Assembly: GCA_031548835.1 (NCBI GenBank)
Contig: JAVBQS010000110.1
Coordinates: 110 to 64,109, forward strand
Source of the DNA: Spirochaetia bacterium
GTDB taxonomy: Bacteria; Spirochaetota; Spirochaetia; CADAEX01
DNA: 64,000 bases
Direction of reading: 5' to 3'
Shown here piece by piece: positions 58,989-64,000 of this stretch. The notes below the pieces were generated by a model. The model ran no database searches, had not been told where the DNA came from, and saw nothing but the letters and a program-made list of their open reading frames with translations. Each line of letters opens with the position of its first letter. The stretch's first letter is position 1. The translations under genes and the position numbers were made by a program.

Positions 58989-59540
58989 TTACCCGAGAAA
59001 AACCTGTCCATTATTATCAATAGCAAGAATTGTTTTACATTCAGAACATCTGAATCTGCCAGGCTTGGTAGCTTTAAGTTTTCTTGAACATATAGGACAC
59101 TTAAATATTTTGGGAAATAGTTCTGATGATTTTTGGGGATTTCCCTTATTAAAGAATTCTATAGCATCATCGAAAGAATCTTTGATATTAAAAAATTGAG
59201 AAAATCCAAGCAGCTGAAAAACTTCATAAACTTTGGGCTGTATTTCAAGCAGAACAATATCTCCGCCTCTTGGCTTTACTGTTTTAAGAAATGCTGTAAA
59301 TGAACCTATACCAGTACTTGATACATAATTGAGGCCATTGCAATTAAAGATTAACTTTATAAACCCTGTATCAACAGCTTTTGCAATCCTTTTTTGAAAG
59401 GAGTTAGAGTTATATGTATCTATATAGCCTGTAAGATATATTACAAGGCATTTGTTGTCAGTCTCAACTTTTTGTAACCTGATTTTCAGACTATCATCTT
59501 TTTCATCATCAAATCCTGGCACTATTTCATTATTTGACAT
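58989..59540 (-). CDS. STAS-domain (anti-sigma-factor-antagonist-like) protein with C-terminal zinc ribbon
   Basis: 'LVIYLTGYIDTYNSNSFQKRI...LNYVSSTGIGSF' STAS pattern. C-terminal 'CPICSRKL...CSECK'. Confidence 0.6.
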   Translation of the reverse strand: MSNNEIVPGFDDEKDDSLKIRLQKVETDNKCLVIYLTGYIDTYNSNSFQKRIAKAVDTGFIKLIFNCNGLNYVSSTGIGSFTAFLKTVKPRGGDIVLLEIQPKVYEVFQLLGFSQFFNIKDSFDDAIEFFNKGNPQKSSELFPKIFKCPICSRKLKATKPGRFRCSECKTILAIDNNGQVFLG

Positions 59541-59758
59541 AAATTTACCTTTATCAAAAAAAATGATTTACAAAACAGTGATCTATTTTTTATCTTCTAT
59601 AATAAAAGTTAATCTCTGTTTTGTCAAATAACTGATGAGCAATAATGTCTCTATTAACTATTATCGGTACTTTATACTTATATTATTTATGTTTTATTTT
59701 GTAAATATGCTATAATAGCAGTAGGTCTTTTTTCTGTTAAAAGGGGGTATCTGATAGG

Positions 59759-60229
59759 ATGATAAAAAGAATCTTTATTCTTTTAATAGTCTGCGGCGGG
59801 GTGGCTTTCGGCAATCCTGCGCCTGGTTTTGATAATTATGTTGATTTTGATATTTCAATTAAAGAACTTAATTCCCATGTAAAAAGGGGGGATTTAAATT
59901 CTATAAAAAATAGATATTTGGTTCTGGACGGCTCTTTTGCTGCTTATAATGTTATTGATGCAAAAGAATCTGCTTATACTGTCGAAATTGAGCTTATAAA
60001 CGGGGAATGGAAAGGTGTTTCTGATGTTTTTATCTATAGAGCCATAATTGTTTTTAGCGGTAAGGAATATCAGGCTAAATTTCCTGCAAGAAGAAAAAGT
60101 ACTCCGGATCCTGCCGAAATTCCCATAAATTCAGGACTTATTGTTGTTGCAAAGCTAAAAGAGGCAAGAAATTTTGATGGAGTAGTTGTTCCTGTTCTTG
60201 ATGGTTATTATTTAAGAATATATAAATAA
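59759..60229 (+). CDS. Hypothetical secreted/lipoprotein
   Basis: Signal 'MIKRIFILLIVCGGVAFG'. No recognised domain. Confidence 0.35.
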   Translation: MIKRIFILLIVCGGVAFGNPAPGFDNYVDFDISIKELNSHVKRGDLNSIKNRYLVLDGSFAAYNVIDAKESAYTVEIELINGEWKGVSDVFIYRAIIVFSGKEYQAKFPARRKSTPDPAEIPINSGLIVVAKLKEARNFDGVVVPVLDGYYLRIYK

Positions 60230-60269
60230 AATATATACTACTCTTCTACAAGAAGCAGGGTTGTATATA

Positions 60270-60456
60270 TTTTGTTCACTTCCTCGCTCTGTCACGTGCA
60301 CTACGCCTTGGAGGGCGAAGCGTGCATCCTGTGCCGGAGCAGTCTGGGACAGGAAACTACGATTGCCTGCCTTTGGCGTCGGCTTCGACACGACACTCGC
60401 GAAGTTTATCCCTGCGAACGCCGGGATCGGTGAATAACCAAAAGGGAGAGGTTTTA
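60270..60456 (+). promoter_or_regulatory. GC-rich structured 5' leader of thyA-folA (candidate cis-regulatory RNA, class unassigned)
   Basis: About 160 nt at roughly 55-60% GC, immediately upstream of the thyA SD (GGGAGAGG at 60443). Contains local hairpins and repeated 'gcgaag'/'actacg' words. Confidence 0.25.
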
Positions 60457-61320
60457 ATGAAACAATATCTTGATCTTGTAAAATATGTGCTTGATAATGG
60501 AAAAAGAAAGGTTAACCGCACTGGTGTTGCAACAATTAGCTGTTTTTCATGCTTTTATAAGGTTGATATTGCAGAAGGATATCCTCTTCTTACCACAAAA
60601 AAGATTTTTTTTAATTCAATGCTCAGAGAGCTTCTCTGGTATCTTTCAGGCGAAGAACATATAAGAAATTTAAGAAATTATACAAAAATTTGGGATTCCT
60701 GGGCAGATTCAGAAGGCCGTCTTGAAACAGCATATGGGCGGTTCTGGCGGAGGTTTCCTGTTCCTGCAAAAGGCCTTGACGGCGAGGCATGGTCTCTTAA
60801 ATGGGTTAGCATAGACAAGGAAACAGGGGAAAAGGTTTTTGACCAGATAGGATATATTATAGATTCTCTTAAAGAGATAAAGCAGAATCCTGCTTCAAAA
60901 GCAGCACGCCGCCTTGTTGTATCTGCATGGCATCCTGCAAATGCAGCAGCAAGCCTTCTTCCGCCATGCCACTATACATTTTGTTTTAATGTTTCTGATG
61001 ATAAGCTTAACTGCCACCTTACACAGCGTTCTGCTGATATAGCTCTTGGCGTGCCTTTTAATCTTGCCTGCTACTCTCTTCTTACAATAATGCTTGCAAA
61101 AGAGTGCGGTTTTATGCCTGGGGAATTTGCCCATACTCTTATTGATGCGCATATTTATGAAAATCATATAGAAGGATTAAAAACACAGCTTCAGCGGACT
61201 CCGGGAAAACTGCCAGAGATTGTAATAGCTGATAAGCCTTTTGATAAGCTTACATTCGAAGATTTTAATCTTATAGATTATAATCCCCAGCCTGTAATAA
61301 AATTCGAGGTAGCTGTTTAA
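60457..61320 (+). CDS. thyA: Thymidylate synthase
   Basis: 'MKQYLDLVKYVLDNGKRKVNRTGVATIS...LLTTKK...LRELLWYLSG', compared with E. coli '[28 protein letters not shown]'. Catalytic 'LPPCH'. Start chosen at the conserved MKQYL with its SD, not the ORF-track 60322. Confidence 0.95.
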   Translation: MKQYLDLVKYVLDNGKRKVNRTGVATISCFSCFYKVDIAEGYPLLTTKKIFFNSMLRELLWYLSGEEHIRNLRNYTKIWDSWADSEGRLETAYGRFWRRFPVPAKGLDGEAWSLKWVSIDKETGEKVFDQIGYIIDSLKEIKQNPASKAARRLVVSAWHPANAAASLLPPCHYTFCFNVSDDKLNCHLTQRSADIALGVPFNLACYSLLTIMLAKECGFMPGEFAHTLIDAHIYENHIEGLKTQLQRTPGKLPEIVIADKPFDKLTFEDFNLIDYNPQPVIKFEVAV

Positions 61321-61895
61321 TGACTATTATTGAAAAACCAATTGCAATTATTGTTGCAATGACAAAGGATTGCCTGATTGGCGATAAAAATAACCTTCCC
61401 TGGCACCTGCCTGAAGATCTTAAATTGTTTAAACAGACTACAATGGGAAATATTGTTATAATGGGCAGAAAAACATTTGAATCTATTGGGAAACCGCTCC
61501 CGGGAAGAAAAAACTTTGTAATATCTGCCTCTGTTTTTACACAGTCTTCTGATGAAAAAAAATGCTGCACAAATGATCTGCAAAATAAAAATGATGCAAT
61601 GGGTGCTGCACAAAACGCTGAAATGCCGCAATATAGCGCAGGAAAAGTTTATTATTTTAAATCTCTTGAAGATGCTTTTAAAGCTTCTTCTTTTGCAGAA
61701 GGAAATCCTTTTGTCATTGGAGGCGCATCTATCTATAAACAGGCATTGCCTTTTGCAAAAATACTTTATATCTCTTTAGTTAAAAAAAATTATTCAGGAG
61801 ATTCCTATTTTCCTGAATTTGATTTAAAAGATTGGGAACTTGCAGAAGAAAAAGATTTTGCTGATTTTACTCTCAACATTTTAAAAAGAAAATAA
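61320..61895 (+). CDS. folA: Dihydrofolate reductase (with ~35-40 aa internal insertion)
   Basis: 'IAIIVAMTKDCLIGDKNNLPWHLPEDLKLFKQTTMGNIVIMGRKTFESIGKPLPGRKNFVIS'. ATG overlaps the thyA stop (TAATG). Confidence 0.9.
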   Translation: MTIIEKPIAIIVAMTKDCLIGDKNNLPWHLPEDLKLFKQTTMGNIVIMGRKTFESIGKPLPGRKNFVISASVFTQSSDEKKCCTNDLQNKNDAMGAAQNAEMPQYSAGKVYYFKSLEDAFKASSFAEGNPFVIGGASIYKQALPFAKILYISLVKKNYSGDSYFPEFDLKDWELAEEKDFADFTLNILKRK

Positions 61896-61914
61896 AAATA
61901 ATTAACAAACAGGC

Positions 61915-63753
61915 CTATTTTTTCTTTTTTGTTTCTGTGCTGTGCGGTTCTTTTTTGGGAATCAGCGCTTTGGGGTGGTTTCCTATTAAATCTCTGCGGC
62001 CTGCTTTTTCAAGAGCTTTTCTTACAAGATAATAGTTTTCAGGCTTATGAAAATGCAGAAGAGCTTTCTGCATTCTTTTTTCCTCTTCTGCAGCAGGAAT
62101 ATATATTTTTTTAAGTGTAAGAGGATCAAGCCCTGTATAATACATGCAGCTTGAAAGAGTTCCTGGAGTCGGGTAAAAATCCTGAACCTGATCCGGGATA
62201 AATTTATTTTCTTTAAGATATAGGGCAAGTTCTATTGCATCTTCTATTGTTGATCCGGGATGTGATGAAATAAAATATGGAATAACATATTGTTTTTTTC
62301 CCAGCCTAGTATTTTCTTTTTTAAATTTTGATAAAAATTCTTCATAGATTTTTCTTTTTGGTTTTCCCATAAGTGCAAGAACATTATCTGACACATGCTC
62401 CGGCGCTACTTTAAGCTGCCCGCTTATATGGTGTTTGCAAAGCTCTTCGAGAAAATTTCCCTCTTTTCCTGAAATAACATCAGGGTCAAGCAGCAGATAA
62501 TCAAACCGTATGCCTGATCTTATAAATACTTTTTTTACTTTATCCAGCTTTCTTAATTTTCGCAGCAAAGCAATATAGTCTTTATGGCTTGCCTCAAGAT
62601 TCTTACATGGAGAAGGTGTAAGGCATCTTCTTTGACAGCAGCCTTTTTCAATTTGTTTTTTACAGGAAGGATTTCTGAAATTTGCTGTAGGCCCGCCTAC
62701 ATCATGAATATAGCCTTTAAAATCTTCCATGCTTGTAATTTGCCTTGCTTCATCCAGAATAGAATCATGGCTTCTTGCAGATATTCTTTTTCCCTGGTGG
62801 AAAGTAATTGAACAAAAACCGCAGCTTCCAAAACAGCCGCGCGAGCTTGTTATGCTGAATTTTATTTCTGATAGAGCAGGAACTCCGCCCTCTTTATTAT
62901 AGGATGGATGTGCTTCCCTTGTGTATGGAAGAGCATATACAGCATCAAGTTCTTCATTTGCAAGAGGGAATGATGGTTTGTTTTGAATTACATATTGCTC
63001 CCCTGTTTTTTCAGCAATAACAGAAGCAGTTAAAGGATCGCTGTTTTTATAGGCAGCAGCAAAATTTTCAGCAAACATTTTTTTATCTTTTAATACTTCT
63101 TCATAAGAGTTAAGAAGTATAGTTTCTGGTTCTTCCGGCTTTTGGGAAGACCTAAAGACAGTTCCTCTTACATCTGTAATAGACTTAATATTTTCGCTTT
63201 TTTTAAGTCTTGCAGCTATCTCTTTTATGCTGTTTTCTCCCATTCCATAAACAAGAATATCTGCCTTGGAATCAATAAGTATGCTCCGCCTTATGCTATT
63301 GCTCCAGTAATCATAGTGGGCAAGCCGTCTTAGCGATGCTTCAAGCCCGCCAAGTATAACTGGAATATTGCTGTATGCCTGCCTGATTGCTGATGTATAT
63401 GCTATAAGAGCCCTGTCCGGCCGTTTATCAGCTATTCCTCCTGGAGAATAAAGATCTTCTTTTCTCTTTTTTTTAAATGAAGTATATTTTGCAACCATTG
63501 AATCAATGTTGCCTGAAGTTACGAGAAATCCCAATTCCGGGCGGCCGAAAATTTTAAATGCTTCAGAATCTTTCCAGTCAGGCTGTGCAATAACTCCTAT
63601 ATGGTAGCCTTCTTTTTCAAGCACCCTTGATATAATTGCAGCTCCAAATGAAGGATGGTCTACATAGGCATCTCCTGTGACAAGTACAAAATCAACACTG
63701 TCCCAGCCTTTTTTTTTAGCATCAGCCATGCTGACCGGCAGAAAATTTTTCAT
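61915..63753 (-). CDS. ygiQ: YgiQ-family radical SAM protein (UPF0313)
   Basis: 'DFVLVTGDAYVDHPSFGAAIISRVLE' N-terminus. Radical-SAM 'SRGCFGSCGFCSI'. Length 612 aa. Confidence 0.85.
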   Translation of the reverse strand: MKNFLPVSMADAKKKGWDSVDFVLVTGDAYVDHPSFGAAIISRVLEKEGYHIGVIAQPDWKDSEAFKIFGRPELGFLVTSGNIDSMVAKYTSFKKKRKEDLYSPGGIADKRPDRALIAYTSAIRQAYSNIPVILGGLEASLRRLAHYDYWSNSIRRSILIDSKADILVYGMGENSIKEIAARLKKSENIKSITDVRGTVFRSSQKPEEPETILLNSYEEVLKDKKMFAENFAAAYKNSDPLTASVIAEKTGEQYVIQNKPSFPLANEELDAVYALPYTREAHPSYNKEGGVPALSEIKFSITSSRGCFGSCGFCSITFHQGKRISARSHDSILDEARQITSMEDFKGYIHDVGGPTANFRNPSCKKQIEKGCCQRRCLTPSPCKNLEASHKDYIALLRKLRKLDKVKKVFIRSGIRFDYLLLDPDVISGKEGNFLEELCKHHISGQLKVAPEHVSDNVLALMGKPKRKIYEEFLSKFKKENTRLGKKQYVIPYFISSHPGSTIEDAIELALYLKENKFIPDQVQDFYPTPGTLSSCMYYTGLDPLTLKKIYIPAAEEEKRMQKALLHFHKPENYYLVRKALEKAGRRDLIGNHPKALIPKKEPHSTETKKKK

Positions 63754-63916
63754 ATATATTTTGATATAGGCAAAGCCATATTACTCCGTAGATTTAATAA
63801 GCTGGATTTCGAGTTTTTTCATATGAGTCTGCTATTGCATCCTGCTCCTATTCAGCAGTCTGATTATGCTTATATGAATAGCTCTTTGCTTTGCTGAAAT
63901 AATAACCTTATAAAAT

Positions 63917-63934
63917 CCGAAATCCGGCCTATTA
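63917..63934. repeat. 18-bp exact intergenic repeat CGAAATCCGGCCTATTAA (copy 2)
   Basis: Identical to 58196..58213. Here it is preceded by a tandem aaatccg-aaatccg and lies about 165 bp upstream of the ygiQ start. Confidence 0.6.
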
Positions 63935-64000
63935 ACAAATTTTACTCTGTTCTATACAACATACGGGGCATAAAAATAAAAGTCAATTTGCTGAAAACTT

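Noticed and set aside
60322-60456. N-terminal extension of ThyA in the ORF track (start 60322, 332 aa)
   Set aside because: The extension is a translation of the GC-rich leader (Ser/Arg/Pro-rich) with no homology. The conserved MKQYL start with a GGGAGAGG SD is at 60457.
60270-60456. Assigning the thyA leader to a named riboswitch class (THF-I, ZTP or c-di-GMP)
   Set aside because: Only scattered short word matches to the consensus sequences I can recall (e.g. gcatcc, ggtgaata). The expected paired elements could not be built by eye. It is left as an unassigned structured leader.
1-64000. Mobile elements, CRISPR arrays, rRNA/tRNA genes
   Set aside because: No transposase or integrase motifs, no regularly spaced direct-repeat arrays, and no tRNA-like cloverleaf candidates (the GC-rich 75-bp core lacks T-loop and anticodon-stem features) were seen. 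The paralog expansion appears to be duplication-driven, not mediated by insertion sequences.

Overview
The window is AT-rich (about 30% GC), densely coding bacterial chromosome. It carries diderm-type envelope genes and some spirochaete-like traits (relaxed lipoboxes, a cheX-cheY pair, frequent TTG starts). The taxon is not assigned. Positions 1-45 kb form one large, mostly co-directional glycan (LOS/O-antigen-like) biosynthesis island. Its genes overlap at ATGA/TAATG junctions, which suggests translational coupling. The island contains:
- nine or more glycosyltransferases (GT2, GT4, GT9, GT25 and GT-A-like);
- a WbaP-type initiating phosphotransferase, a Wzx-like flippase and a possible Wzy/EpsG-like polymerase;
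- a UDP-xylose branch (ugd and UDP-glucuronate decarboxylase) plus a UDP-GlcA 4-epimerase-like enzyme;
- the complete ADP-L-glycero-D-manno-heptose pathway (gmhA, hldE, gmhB, hldD) with two heptosyltransferases;
- a glycerol-phosphate module (a TagD-like cytidylyltransferase and a TagB/F-like transferase);
- a YidC-like insertase;
- a CotH-family kinase.
The most conspicuous family is a set of four full-length paralogous large membrane proteins with periplasmic alkaline-phosphatase-superfamily (EptA/LtaS/MdoB-like) domains. Two decayed C-terminal remnants of the same family lie at what look like duplication junctions. A MacB/LolCDE-like ABC export module sits inside the island (two FtsX permeases, a LolA-like protein, an OMP, and an ATPase encoded convergently). 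The right third of the window holds housekeeping genes (thrC, aspartokinase, murA, thyA-folA, ygiQ, a 4-OT tautomerase, a STAS protein). It also holds the most unusual locus: a HydS-type sensory [FeFe]-hydrogenase fused to a CheA-like kinase core, in an operon with cheX and cheY. Non-coding oddities are:
- two GC-rich islands (one flanked by 38-bp direct repeats, one forming the thyA leader);
- an exact 18-bp intergenic repeat;
- a perfect 39-bp palindrome.
No transposases, integrases, CRISPR arrays, rRNA or tRNA genes were recognised.
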